DNA of 63,904 nucleotides, filler included, from Licmophora abbreviata (taxonomy: Eukaryota), in assembly GCA_900291995.1 (NCBI GenBank). It is 14 parts of 14 records of this genome, joined end to end, with 100 filler letters (N's around TTAATTAATTAA, not from the genome) between each part and the next. Parts side by side here need not be neighbours in the genome. Positions count along the whole stretch, not along the records: positions 16,541 to 26,983 come from OLMU01000737.1; positions 27,084 to 29,229 come from OLMU01000738.1; positions 29,330 to 41,421 come from OLMU01000739.1; 11 more parts are not named here. The stretch is one strand, 5' to 3'. Position numbers and translations under genes: made by a program. Below, in pieces: positions 24,473 to 37,005 of this stretch (within the stretch, counting starts at the first letter, position 1; each line of letters begins with the position of its first letter). The notes beneath the pieces are model-generated. The model saw only the letters and a list, made by a program, of their open reading frames with translations. It was not told where the DNA came from and searched no databases.

Positions 24473-26192
24473 TCAGTCATCATCATACAAAGCATCAATC
24501 TCGGGATACACTGTCTCGAATGCAGAATCCTTGATACTCACACGATGATAAACTTCCGAGCCGATAATGATGAGAGTCGTGCAGACGAAATGAAGGCCAT
24601 CAAGATGGTAGTTGAAATCTGGATCATACAGATCGTAGATATACATGGATATCACGGCGACGATAATGCCTGCGCTGATTCCGCGATACATGACCTTGGT
24701 CGCTCCAGCATGAACAATCTTGTCCACAGCCACACCCACGACAATAATGGACAAGACATGGAAGAACACTATCACGAACGAGTGTCGGCACTCTGCGGGC
24801 TCCGCATATCCACGGCGTGCTTGCATATCATCAAGCTGCCCAAGAAAGCATTTGAGGCCATCGAAAAAATTGTCACTAAACTCAGTCGAGGGATAGAGAC
24901 GTGCCCAGTTTCCTGGTGCAGCCAGGCCTTGCAACGTGTACACCAGCGGCGAGACAATCATAATGAACGTAAATTGGAGAACTGACAAAAGTGCGTTCAG
25001 ATAACTGGCATCGACTGGTTGCTTGTGTCGAAGAAACACATGCTCCTTGTAAAGTTGTGATGCGGCTGCGGGAATGCTTGCCAAGGCAAATAAAATTGAA
25101 TTGTAAGCCGTCCGCAGAGGGAGCACGTCGGCATAGGCAAAGACTTCAGGGTGAATGAAGGCAATGAATGCCGGGCATAATCCAAAGAAGACAGCAAGGC
25201 AGGTAATGGACGATCCCCAAAGATGTTCACGCGACAGGCCGCCCCAACCCGGGAGGGGTCTGCCGATAAACGGGTCCGTCTCCATGAGTACCGCATCAGC
25301 ATCCTCATCTATTGCTTCATTTTCTTCGTTTTCTGATTCCACTGGACACAGTACCAATCGTATCCGTCCATCAGGATGGACAATCTGCGTGAAGAAAATC
25401 GTCATCGGGAGAGTAAATTGAACTAGAATGACAGTCAGTGTCGGTGGGACGTGATATCCTGCAATGAGTGCAAGAATCAGAGCTGCCGAGTCCAACAAAG
25501 CCATGACTGAAGCAGACAAGAAAATGGGATGATGAGCGACCACCTTAATTCACACGCATCTCAGATCTCTATCATATATGATACTTACGGGCTACATCCA
25601 CCAAGGGAATGCCGAGTTTGGCAAGATGAAAGTCGCGCCTGGACGCTGCCGATACCACCATGCTTAGCCCCAGCAACAGTGCATGCGATGCCGTAATCAT
25701 CTCGGCCGAAAACAATCGAAATGGTCCCGCTCGATCTACGATAAGATAAAATGTAGATCGCTCTCCTGCATACGCCATGGCCAACAGAAAGAACCAAAAG
25801 AGTACCCGCAAGTGATCCCGACGAGTCAAGGCTTCCCCGACGCCGATTCCGTCGTCCCACAAATTGTCTACATTGAGAACGAGAACAACTCCGTCCTTTA
25901 TTCTTCGCCACACCGTCTGACCCATTATCTGTATTCTTGTTGCTTCCGCTTGAGACTGAGTCCCCCCTGACTGCAACGAATCCAGGTCGCCGCCGTACTC
26001 TGCGCTTTCTTCTTCTAGGGTCTTGGTTGCGATCGAGGTGGAGCCGTAATCACCTCGGGATGTCGACGTTCTGCTGGAGTCTTGAGCCAAGGAAACTGAT
26101 TCATTTTCCACAAGTGGCATGCTACTTGCGGCAGCAGACGAGGCTGCTTCCGCGGTGGCGCCCTTGGCAGCGTCTAGGGCCTGTCGCAGCAT
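24473..26192 (-). CDS. Chloroquine-resistance-transporter-like (CRT/CLT, DMT superfamily) transporter
   Basis: Intron 25507-25588 gives PLVDVA-LMALLD. About 10 hydrophobic segments. ILVQFTLPMT, ASIPAAASQLYKEHVF, LNALLSVLQF, GLKCFLG..C. Confidence 0.75.
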
Positions 26193-26740
26193 GATGGAGG
26201 ATGCGTGGTGGTGATGTATCTACTACAGTAGTTTTGAATCTCTCTCTCCCTATCAAAGCGTGATGATGATTTCTATATGTCAGTGCTCTTTCTACGATGG
26301 GCAGGTTTTGAATCGGAAGCCATGGATCCGTTCGTCGCTTGGGCGGTGGACGACAGCCAGCAGGCTCTTTTTCATGACACTCGACACCCCGGCGCTGTCG
26401 CAACATCATTGTGAGAGGGTTCCCAAGTTTTTTTCGATTTCGGGCGCGCAAAAAAATGTTGTGCGGCTATGGAGTGTACAGGGCAGCCAGACAGACTATT
26501 AAACCGAAATATATGCTATATTTCTCGCAATGCGAAAACACACGCCGGTCATGCTCGACGCGGCGGCGACCCATCATCGCCACCATGAGAGCATGAGATG
26601 TTCCAAAAAGAGGGAGCAAGAGTACTCCTGTCGTATCGCCGCCGTTAAGCAAGCTTCAGGCGTGTGTTGAAAATCAGCGGAAAGGAGGCCACGAGACGAG
26701 TTGGTAAAGATTCATCGAGTATTGAACTGCGGAGAGCGAG

Positions 26741-29700
26741 ATGACTTCGAATTCACAGGCATCAGCGGCAGGGCAGGATGCTGGGGCGCTGATGACGGGG
26801 AAAGAGACCGATTCGAGCTTTGATCAGCGGGATGCTGCCCAGAACGCGGAGGAAGATCAGGGCCCGAGTATCCTTCCCGAGAATGGAAAAGAAGCTGCCA
26901 TGCCCGCAAAGACGACGGAGTACCACGAGGCTGCGGGCGCACCGACCCCTGCCCCCGATTCATTACCCGAGGATGGGAACGCANNNNNNNNNNNNNNNNN
27001 NNNNNNNNNNNNNNNNNNNNNNNNNNNTTAATTAATTAANNNNNNNNNNNNNNNNNNNNNNNNNNNNNNNNNNNNNNNNNNNNCCCAGATGCGGTTCTTC
27101 GGCCGGACAACCAGGATGGATCGTCCGTTGTCAGCCCGCTGCCGCTTCCAAACGTGACGGACGCCCCGCCCCGACAGCCAATGGTGGCAGCAGTGCAAGC
27201 TGCCTTGGCGCAACCGAAGCTGCCTCCTCCGGTGGTTTCCCACCCTATTGTCAGAATGGCGCCGGGAGCAAACGGTCACCAGGTGAAAAAGACGCGAGGA
27301 CGGTTCAATATTCTGCAGAGCGACCCTATCATTGAAACTTCAGACGAGTCGGGGACGGCAAGCGATGCGGCAGTAGCGGCTGCTGCGCAATCACAGGTGC
27401 CCAAAGAGACCCAACAACATGACCCTTCTAGCATATCAGTGGTATCGCAGATGACTGTGTCCCTGCCAGAGGCTCCAGGAACTGCTCCTAAGGCGATCCA
27501 CGCGGCGGTAACGCAGACCACAGCTTCGGTAGTATCGGCTCCGCCCGGCAACACGACCGGACTTCCAGCGGCCCAGGCACGTGCTCAATCGCTAGGTGCT
27601 GCGTCGGTTTCGTCAGCTCCCCTCGGAAACACAGTACCAGCCGGTCAAGTGGCAGCAGGAGGACCGTCAGGCAGCACTCCCGGTCCCCCCGTCGGGAAGA
27701 AGAAAGGACGATTCGTCGTCATGCCAGCAACCGCGGTGGACAATGCTTCAATAACAACCACAACTACAGAGGGACTTGCACGACAGTCATCTGCCGGCGC
27801 AGCTGCCCATGCTCCGGAAAAATCTATTCCTCAACAGGTACAACAACCGCAGGCGCCAGTTCCTCAGATGCAGACAGTATTTATGCCTCTACCGACGCAG
27901 CAGATTCAGCCGGGAATGGAGCATCAGCAGATGCCGGGAAGCGTTCTCAACTCTTTTCAAGTACCCATGGCGGTACATATGTCTCAGCAGGGTATACAGA
28001 TGGCACCTGCTTCACATCCAGCCGTCATGGCGTATCCATCAGGTATGATACAGGTTCCACAGGTGCAGTTTCAACACGTCCCGCAGCAGGTTGTAGTTCA
28101 TCCAGGCCCAATGCCAGAGCAGACGATGCAATATGCCGCACAACCAATATACCATGCTCAGCAGATACCACATCCACAGCAACAACTTGCTGCAGGTGTT
28201 GTGCACCCACCGCAGACACAGCCCCCTATGCCTCACCCAGGAGCTGGCGACCAGCATAGCTCCGCAAGTCACGAAGTGTCCGCCCCTCCCGGTCGGCACC
28301 AAACGGCTCCTCAAATAGCGCATGGAGTGCCTGCACCGATGCAACCTGGACAGGAAGGATCAAAAGCGCCACCGCCGACAAGACCTGTACCGAATGCTAG
28401 GCCCCCAGCAGCGGTCGCAAGGCCGGCTGCAGCATCAAAGGCCACAGCATCGGCGCATCAACGAGGCGCTTCGACCAGTTCTGGGCTAGGCAAAGCATTC
28501 TACTTTCTTGAACAGATGAAACTTGAAGTGACGGACGCAGACAGGACGATAAAGACGCTGCAGAAAGACATGAGACATCTGGTTAGTTTCGCTGCTCATG
28601 TTTACTGGTATACGATAGTTTGTGATGGCCTCGACTTTCTCATGTTTTTGTCTTGTTTGCGTAGCGGGAAAGAAACAAGGAGCTTGAAGCGAAGAGCAAA
28701 AGCATGGAAGCGAAATGGATCGAGGAAAAGAACGCCCGCGAGACTACGGAGTCGAAACTGAAATCTCTTAAGAAGAAGTTCAAGGAACTGAAAGAGAACG
28801 TCCCAGGGGCTTCAGAACCTGTCGAGCCAGTCAATGCTCACTCAAGAACCAACTCACTTGACGGGGACCATATAAATACCGAGAAAAACGTCTTTCCATC
28901 TGGAGGCCCGGCCTCCGGGCCGGAATCACCGTCGGCAGACTCTGACGCAGAGAAGAATCCCGGCAGAGGGCCGAGATCGGAGGCTCACGCCAACCGAAGT
29001 CAGAAAAACACCGAGCCTACAGCAGGCAGGAAACGGGACGACAAGTCGCCTCCTCGTACTCACGAGGGTTTATCTGACGCGGGGCCTTCGAAGAGAGCTT
29101 CAAAAACTATCTCATCAATGAACGACCCCAATCGCAAACGGGCCGACAGCAACGAAGAGACTGTTTCCCACGTTCCGCCTACGCTTGGTCCGAGGACACT
29201 TCAAAAGTCGCACCATTCGGCGAGCTCTCNNNNNNNNNNNNNNNNNNNNNNNNNNNNNNNNNNNNNNNNNNNNTTAATTAATTAANNNNNNNNNNNNNNN
29301 NNNNNNNNNNNNNNNNNNNNNNNNNNNNNTCTGTGTTTCCTATTGTTGCATACGACCCGCTTCACGTGAATACGGGCGCTGTTCCGGTGCAGATGATGGT
29401 TTCAGTGCCCGTGATGGGCAATTCACCTGAACCTCACCACGCCAGGAGTTACTCGGAGTCCATGGTGGCCGCCCACCAGTCCAACACGCCAGGCACGTCT
29501 CAAGTCATGGCCCAACACATGAACGGGATGCACTTGTCAACCCCACATCTGGGCTACGCAACGACCATGCAGATTCCTCAGCAGATGGACCCATTTGCAG
29601 CGCACGTACAGCCCATGTACACGTCAGCTTTGAATGAGCAGATTGGCCAGACATCACAGCTCCAGCCACCGCCGCCGCCGCCCTCTCAGCAGCAGCAATT

Positions 29701-29842
29701 GCCTGTAGCTCGCTCATCAGATCCGTTTGACGAACTCGCATTGAGACGAGCTCCCACACAAGGCTCTCCTCATGGCACCCCACAAGGAACACCAAATACG
29801 ACGCCACAACAACAGGTTCGAAACAGCTGGACTGGTCAATAA
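26741..29842 (+). CDS. Low-complexity P/Q/A-rich protein with RFxV/I motifs, central coiled coil and DPF motifs (spans two gaps)
   Basis: Open frames on three consecutive contigs, same strand. Intron 28582-28664 (GTTAGT..GTAG) joins QKDMRHL-RERNKELEAK into one heptad coil. Confidence 0.7.
26984..27083. other. Artificial assembly spacer
   Basis: N44-TTAATTAATTAA-N44. Confidence 0.98.
29230..29329. other. Artificial assembly spacer
   Basis: N44-TTAATTAATTAA-N44. Confidence 0.98.
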
Positions 29843-30304
29843 GCTCCGAGATGCCTAATAGAATCAAGTATTCTAGGTTGCATTGCACGGCCGGCGCCAC
29901 AAACAACGATCGAAGTGCTTTATACTACGAATTCAAGTTTGTTGTCGGGTCCTAGGTAACGATAACATGTTTTTTCGACGAGCTGCACGACCGATTCATT
30001 CATTCGGTCCGCTCCGACGTTGCCGCACTGATGAGTACCCGGAGGCTATCCTACTTCAAACGTCGTCATAAAAGTTTTCCATATTTTTTTGTATGAAACA
30101 AACTCAAAATGTACTCCGGAGTACTCCTTTACGCGGTACCGGTACAAAGTGAGCGGGAGATTATTTCGACCAAAATCACAGCAAAAATTTCCTCCCGTTT
30201 CCCGAGATTTCAGTATCAGATGTACGTAGATCTTATACCCTTCATGTGCTTTTTGCTCGCCGTTGCCTCGTCGTCCTCTCTCGTTGTCTTTCACTCCCAT
30301 CATC

Positions 30305-33300
30305 ATGAGTATCCACAGCACCTTTTCATCTTCCCGCAGCGACGGAAACGCTAGCAACGGAGTCTTGATCCCGCTCAATTGGTCGGCTTTGTCGTTGATT
30401 GGACGTTCTGACGAGCTTGCACAGCTTGAAGCGGCATACGAACGCGTCTGCGGCTCTACTACCGGCGTTTCAACAGGCAGCTCTGAAATCGTTCTCGTTC
30501 GTGGCGAGTCGGGAACTGGAAAATCTGCCTTGGTTCAAAATCTCGAACGCACAGTGGAAGAGTACAATCATGTTGGAGCGTCCTTCATTGTATCGGGCAA
30601 GTACCACCAGCTGCTTGAGGACTCGACTGGTACTGCGAACAGACCGTACAGTGCCGTCGTGGACGCCTTGACAGAACTTTGCCACTTACTTCGGTCGAGC
30701 AAAGAGCGCGAGGAAACTGAAGCTAGTATTCACGACAAACTGAGTATTGATGAAATCCGTACATTGGGACGCTTGATGCCAATTCAGCTCGTGGTGACTG
30801 CTTCTTCTTGTATGGAACAACCGAACTATGCGACGAACACGATCAATACGGAACATTCCTTTCAGAGATTTAAGCTTCTGTTTCGAACCTTTGTTGAAGC
30901 CGTGTGCAAGCATGCGTCTATCGTCTTGTTCCTGGATGATCTGCAATGGGCCGACGAAGCGTCTCTGGAGCTCTTGTCATTCCTGGCATCCGATGCCAAA
31001 TCACAGAACCTCTTACTTGTGGGAGCCATACGAGACGACGACAAATTAGCCTTTAACCTTTTTGACGACCCATCGGTCTTTCTACCCACTTCCACCATCA
31101 CTTTGTGCCCTCTGACTCCGGAGAGTATCAATGAGATTGTTGCGAGTGTGACCGAACAGCGACCGGAGACGACGCGTGCGTTGAGCTCGGTTGTCTTTCG
31201 CAAAACCGGCGGCAACCCCTACTTTGCCATTCAGTACATCGAAATGCTCCATCGAAGAGGCCTACTGGCCTTTAGCTTTGGTACAAACCAGTGGGAGTGG
31301 GATGTGGATACCATTAACATCAAAACGGATGTGTCTGACAATGTGGTGCACTTGCTGACGGACAAGATCGCCCACACGTCACGGCCGGTACAAGTGGCCC
31401 TCATGGTGGGGGCCTGTCTAGGGTTCACTTTTCCCGTGAATATACTGGAGTCCATTTTAGTTTCCCCTGGCTTTTCTCGCGCATGGGAAGCTGAGGCCCA
31501 GTCAGCCGAACAGTTCAACGCGGAAGGAAACCAGCTAGACCAAGTACTGCGAGAGGCGGTGCGAGCTAGGCTAGTCGAACCGTCGTCCACAGGCATGTAC
31601 AAGTTTTCACATGATCGGGTTCAGCAGTCTGCCTTTGCCATGTTTCCCAATGGTGAAACAGGCGAACGGCTGCAGCTATGCATCGGGCAGGTTCTTCTCG
31701 AACTGAGCCGCTCCGCAGATAAAGCAGAGGCATGGATGCTTTTCGTTTGCGTTGACATGTTGATAGGGAGTCGCTCAAGGCTTTCAATGAGCTCGGAGGA
31801 TTTGTCTCGATTGTGCTTGGAGGCAGCCCACAAGGCATATGAAAAATCGGCTTTCAGATCTGCCGCCACATATGCTGACAAAGGATTGGCATGCCTTGAC
31901 ATGAACAATAGGTGGCAGGCCCATTACGATCTCTGTCTGGAGCTAACCAAGTTTTCTGCGGAGATGCACTATTCGTACGGAAATTTTAGCAAAAGCAGTG
32001 AATCTATATCTGCAATACTTCAACACGCACAATCCGTGAACGACAAACTCCGTGCCTACAGCGTGAACGTTGCAATTCTAGGGGCCCGCCAGGACTTGAC
32101 TGGAGCCATAAAGAAGGGCGCAGATGTGCTGGGCCGAATGGGAGTGAAAGCACCTGCTCTGGAGAAGGTGAAACAGCGTGACGTATTGTCAACCGTGCAG
32201 AAGACGAAACGGCTTTTGAACGGGAGAAAAGCTCGCGACCTTCGTGACCTTCCCTCCTTAACCGATCCCGTTCTGATTGAGGCTCTGCGATTGTTGGGCA
32301 ACCTTTCCATATACGACTGGCGGTCTGGCGAATCAAATCTACTAGTCGTGCATTCTTTGATCATGGTTCAAATTACCCTTCAGAATGGTATGGGGAGCTT
32401 CTCGCCTTATGGATTTTCTTTGTACGGAGCTGTTCTGGCTCACCTGGGAGAATTCGAAGAGGCGTTCCAGTATGCTGAGCTCGCTTTAGAACTTGTCAAC
32501 CGCCCCGATATGAAGGAAGGATATCCTCATACTGTGAAGGTAGTGCACCTTTTTCTCCATCACCTCGAAAAGCCGATATATGGGAGCCTAGACCCGATGC
32601 TAAGGGCATATGACGTCGGTGAAGAGATTGGGAACGTTGAGCTTGCCGCGTATTGCTTGCAAGGACATGGGATGCTCAGTGTCGTAATTGGCATGCCTCT
32701 GGACAGCTTGGAGAAGCAGATGCTGGGCTACTGTGATTTCTGCCGCAGCTTTCAACAGCAGGCTGTCCTGATGGAGCTCCTCCCATTCTACCAGCTGACG
32801 CTGAATCTACTGGGGAAATGCGACGACCCCCTGGTACTGTCTGGTGCCGGCATGATGGAGGACGACTTCAAGAACCAACTTGTCTGTTCAAAAGAAGGCT
32901 CTTCTTCGTTGTTACTCCTCGGGTACGCTCGTATACTGCTTCTCTTCTTGTTCGACGAGCTTGAGCTCGCAGAGACCGAACGGCGGCGTATGGACCCCGA
33001 GAACGATTTTCTTTCTTCCTATTTTATGAAATATCTCAATTATTTCTTTTGTGGCATGGTCTGCTTGGGTTTGGCAAAGCAACGGCGCTCTCGCAAGCAC
33101 AAGAGGCGGGCAAAGTGGTACATTGGCGAGCTTCAAAAAATCGCAGTGGCAGGTTCGATGAACTTCATCCCAATGTTGGAGGTATTGGAGGCGGAAAAGC
33201 TTGGGATCAAGGATCGTAGCGGTGATGTAGCCAAGAAATACGATAAGGCTATTCAGATGGCTGGTCGGTGTGGATTTCGCCTAGTCAAGGCGATTGCATG

Positions 33301-33535
33301 TGAAAGAGCAGGATCGTACATGATTGAGTGTGGCGATACGCCAGCAGCGGCTGAATACCTAAAACGAGCGAGGTCAGAATTCTGCGATTACGGAGCCAAG
33401 GGCAAAATTGCTCAGATGGACGAAAAATACAAATCTATTGCAGCGTACGAACGGGGAACGAGTGTCCCTGTGTCCTCCATTTCTTCCACTCTTCTCAGGC
33501 CACATCTGGTCGATAGTTGGAAGCAGCAAGTGTAG
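30305..33535 (+). CDS. STAND-type AAA ATPase with TPR-like helical repeats (bacterial multi-sensor type, no kinase/effector domain)
   Basis: LIGRSDEL, Walker A GESGTGKS, SGKY, Walker B LFLDDLQWAD, KTGGNPYF, YKFSHDRVQQ, C-terminal YDKAI..A..CERAG..YGAKGK. Intronless. Confidence 0.9.
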   Translation: MSIHSTFSSSRSDGNASNGVLIPLNWSALSLIGRSDELAQLEAAYERVCGSTTGVSTGSSEIVLVRGESGTGKSALVQNLERTVEEYNHVGASFIVSGKYHQLLEDSTGTANRPYSAVVDALTELCHLLRSSKEREETEASIHDKLSIDEIRTLGRLMPIQLVVTASSCMEQPNYATNTINTEHSFQRFKLLFRTFVEAVCKHASIVLFLDDLQWADEASLELLSFLASDAKSQNLLLVGAIRDDDKLAFNLFDDPSVFLPTSTITLCPLTPESINEIVASVTEQRPETTRALSSVVFRKTGGNPYFAIQYIEMLHRRGLLAFSFGTNQWEWDVDTINIKTDVSDNVVHLLTDKIAHTSRPVQVALMVGACLGFTFPVNILESILVSPGFSRAWEAEAQSAEQFNAEGNQLDQVLREAVRARLVEPSSTGMYKFSHDRVQQSAFAMFPNGETGERLQLCIGQVLLELSRSADKAEAWMLFVCVDMLIGSRSRLSMSSEDLSRLCLEAAHKAYEKSAFRSAATYADKGLACLDMNNRWQAHYDLCLELTKFSAEMHYSYGNFSKSSESISAILQHAQSVNDKLRAYSVNVAILGARQDLTGAIKKGADVLGRMGVKAPALEKVKQRDVLSTVQKTKRLLNGRKARDLRDLPSLTDPVLIEALRLLGNLSIYDWRSGESNLLVVHSLIMVQITLQNGMGSFSPYGFSLYGAVLAHLGEFEEAFQYAELALELVNRPDMKEGYPHTVKVVHLFLHHLEKPIYGSLDPMLRAYDVGEEIGNVELAAYCLQGHGMLSVVIGMPLDSLEKQMLGYCDFCRSFQQQAVLMELLPFYQLTLNLLGKCDDPLVLSGAGMMEDDFKNQLVCSKEGSSSLLLLGYARILLLFLFDELELAETERRRMDPENDFLSSYFMKYLNYFFCGMVCLGLAKQRRSRKHKRRAKWYIGELQKIAVAGSMNFIPMLEVLEAEKLGIKDRSGDVAKKYDKAIQMAGRCGFRLVKAIACERAGSYMIECGDTPAAAEYLKRARSEFCDYGAKGKIAQMDEKYKSIAAYERGTSVPVSSISSTLLRPHLVDSWKQQV

Positions 33536-33564
33536 ACCAGTTCTCTTAGAACTTCTATTAGGGT

Positions 33565-36500
33565 TCACATTGCTTCCATCATACGAGCTAGGGCGCCAAC
33601 TGCCGGTGAGTCGTCATACTTGCGGATAATTGCGGCGACTCTTGCGCCATTCAGGGTTTCCGACAAAGACGCGAGCTGTATACTAAATTCCCTCTCTGAC
33701 ATCAGAGCAACTGCACTCCTGGTCAATGATAAAGCGATGTCAGCCGCGGAAAGAAGCAGAAGCTTCATTCCTTCTACCACGTCAACTTCGTCAGGGGTGA
33801 ACCTCTTCTTCAGCTGCTGTGTCTTTTGTAGCAACTCACAAGCCTTTGAGGTCGCAAACAGTAGAGTAGGATCAAGATAATCAACAATCGCCGTGATTTT
33901 CTTTCTAGAGACATCCGCAGATGCAGTCCCATCGACGATGACTTCAGCAGACTGCTTTCCAGCATCAGATAGGAGTCTCACAAGCTCTATCCGAATCGCC
34001 AACGACCCTACTTCCCACCAGCGCGGCACAAGGGTATCACCGAGAGTCCACAGAAGAACGGCTTTGGCCCCAACGATTTGACGTTCCACAAGCGTGGCGG
34101 TGCAGGCTTCCAGGGAGACACGAGAATAATGTAAACAGCTCTCCACCTCACGAAGAAGAACACACTGCCCTGCGATGAGCAAGTCAGCTTCGTTGTCCAT
34201 CTTTTCGTCGGCGGCTTCAGCGTCGAACGCCAGAGCTGCAAGTAGAGTTGGGCAATAGCGGACGAGCGTATCGACAAGATTTGTCACCACATCTTCAGAC
34301 TTGAAGCTATCTTCTTCCATTTTGTCTACTCTTGAGTCGAGCGCCCGACTTACTGCCAACGAAAGATTCCTCTGCTCGCTAATCGCAGGATGCAGCATGG
34401 CTCGAACAAGCGTCTTCGTCCGCCACCAACCAGCGGCCGCGTCATTTGACTTCATGCTGCCAGAGACCGCTTCAGAAAACTCGTCGCTTGTTACGTACAT
34501 GCGCAGCACGTCTGGGTCTTCGTTCTTGTCCCAAACACGAGACCGCAGGTCACGTTCAGTTGTGCCGAGAATGCCTTCTTCGTCCAACACTGCCGCCGCG
34601 CTCACGCTTGCTCCAACACATTCACACAAGGCACTACCCGGAGGTAGGCAGTCTGTGATGAGAATTTTAGGTGCACTCAGCTGTGAAGCCATAAGTGTCA
34701 ACACCCGTGTTACAAACTCCCCACGACTAGTTCGTCTGCTACCCTCCACGTAGGTAGCCCAATGCTCCCAGTAGCCTGAAGGCCACTGATAATCCGTGTT
34801 GGTCAAGTGAAATGCAAACCAGCGGCTAAAATTTTCGCGTCCCATAGGAGCAAGAGAAGGAAAATAGTACGCCACGACATTCGATACGGCCAGCGCCAGC
34901 GCTTGCGGTACTATCGAGGGCTGCAGACGAGTCAGCTCGATGAGGACTCGGGCAAGAGAGACATTTTTGAAGGAGTAAATTTGATCGGATTGGACAATGA
35001 GGGACATGAAAGCCTCAACAATCCCGTATTCTACCCCTTCTTGTCAGGAAACACGTTGACGATCGCCCAAACGTGTGTGGCAGCATCCTTTGGGCTTCCG
35101 TATGAAACACCGGTGTCCGACAGCGAGCTTTCGTGGTTCAGTAGGCAATCACGAACCGCATCTGCCAGGAAATAGCGGTCCGTCAAACAAAATTCCTTTT
35201 GATACGCCTGCAGCCGCTCATTCTTTGGTGTGTCATCCATATCGTCATCCCCTTCCTCCTCGTCGTCATCGTCGTTGCCTTCTTCATCAGGTGGTGCTCC
35301 AAAAATAGGAAGTCGACCAAAAATAACCCCATTCAGAGAACAGCACTGCAGCGTGCCATCCTCTGCAAGCAGGCTTGCAATCGATTTGCAGTCTGAAAGC
35401 AGCGAAATGCCAATCGGCTCACCAGTATACACAAGTGGCTTGTCCTCCGCGTCCGAAGCGGGAGTCGCCTTCAAATTCTGCCATGGAGCATCCGTCAGTA
35501 GCGAGAAGTGTGACGAGCCCGACTCATCGCTTTTTGCCTGTAGCGCACGTTTGACGACTCGCATCAAGTCCTGCAGGGTGTCACACTTCTGACCTGCTGC
35601 GTCCCCTTCATCGTCGTCGTCGTCTTCATCATCATCTTCGTCGTCGTCATCCTCCAACTGTTCGTCAGCAAGCAGGAGCGCAGTCCTTCCAATTCCAGGA
35701 ACGAATGTCGACTTGTAAGACTGACCCAAGACGTTCGATTCCAGTGGCTCCAAGAACTCTTGCATGACAAAGTCTCGAGTGAGATACTCTTGTGCATAGG
35801 GCAGTGTACTAAGCACCAAGTACGCCAAGAGGCACGCCGCCGTCATCTCTCCCACAGACGCAGCCTTGCACGCGGCTATTGTCAACGTCTGTAGCAACTC
35901 AGCTATACTTCCGTCACCTTCAGACCCAGCCACAATGCCCACGCGTCCCAACAAGGCCAGGTACCTCAAGACATGACTGACACGACTCATGGGACGTGCT
36001 GGTGCCTTGCCCTGGAGCAGTACCGCATCCAAGTCGCGAGACGCGTGCTGCAAGGCATACAGAATGGTTCGACTGGCAAATCCGCTATACGTGGGAGCCG
36101 GAGCCTGTTCTTGCACAGCCAGAGTCAAACCAGCATACGTGGGCGTTGACATGGGCAAGGTCATGACGCACGACACGAGCAAGTGCGCCAGTGGCCCTGC
36201 TTTGTCTTGGGGGGACGCTTCTTGCGGGACAGCTGCAGGAGCAGTTTCCACAGCAGAATCTGGGTCGGCTTCGGCCATGTCCGTATCTCCTTCCTTCTGT
36301 TCCTCCTTCTCTGGATCCGCTGAGAACTTCAAGAACAAGGGAGCATTCGTCTCACTACAGAGGACGGTCGCCAAGTCTCCAATATTTTTCGAAATATCCA
36401 GCACATTCGTTCCTTCTCCCACTCGCCCCACCATGGCAGAGAGCTGTCGCAGCATGGCAGTTTGCGGATCTACAGACTGAGTTCGACCACCAGGAGAGGA

Positions 36501-36719
36501 GAAACGATTGCGGGGCCCTCTGGGACCGCGTTGTCGATTGTTGTTGCCGCGATAGGGTTGATGATGACGACGCCCATGGTGGTATCCACCACCACCTCTT
36601 CCTCGACCACGGCCACCTCCGTAATGTCGACGACGATCGTCATCACCTCCTCCGTGTCTATGGGATCCTCCACCTCGATCGGCGGGACCATAGCGAGATG
36701 ACGACAAAGAACCGTCCAT
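33565..36719 (-). CDS. NCBP1: Nuclear cap-binding protein subunit 1 (CBP80), with 1-nt frameshift at 35034-35037
   Basis: RG-rich N-terminus; RVGE, LP..TPTYAGL, TDRYFLAD, (VEY)GIVEAF, VLIEL, FSRWFAFHLTNTDYQW..W MIF4G-like motifs. One extra G joins the two ORFs. Confidence 0.85.
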
Positions 36720-37005
36720 GATGATTCAGCCAGTTGTGTCGTCAATTCTTTGTTTCTATCTCACTCCTCCTTCGTAGAAAAATCTCTTTGCCGTAGAGCC
36801 GTCGATCTAGAGGAATCCAACCGTTACAACGAACCGAAAAGGCGAAGAAGTCCGTTGTAAGGATCAGGATACCAGGTACTTTCTCGTCGTTGTCCGGAGA
36901 GTTTGTGGTTTTGCCGATCATCACAGTCGTTTATAGTAGGGTTATGAGCTACTGATCAGAAATGGATGGCTGTCGTGCGCTCACACAATGAACTCAAAGT
37001 CGAAA

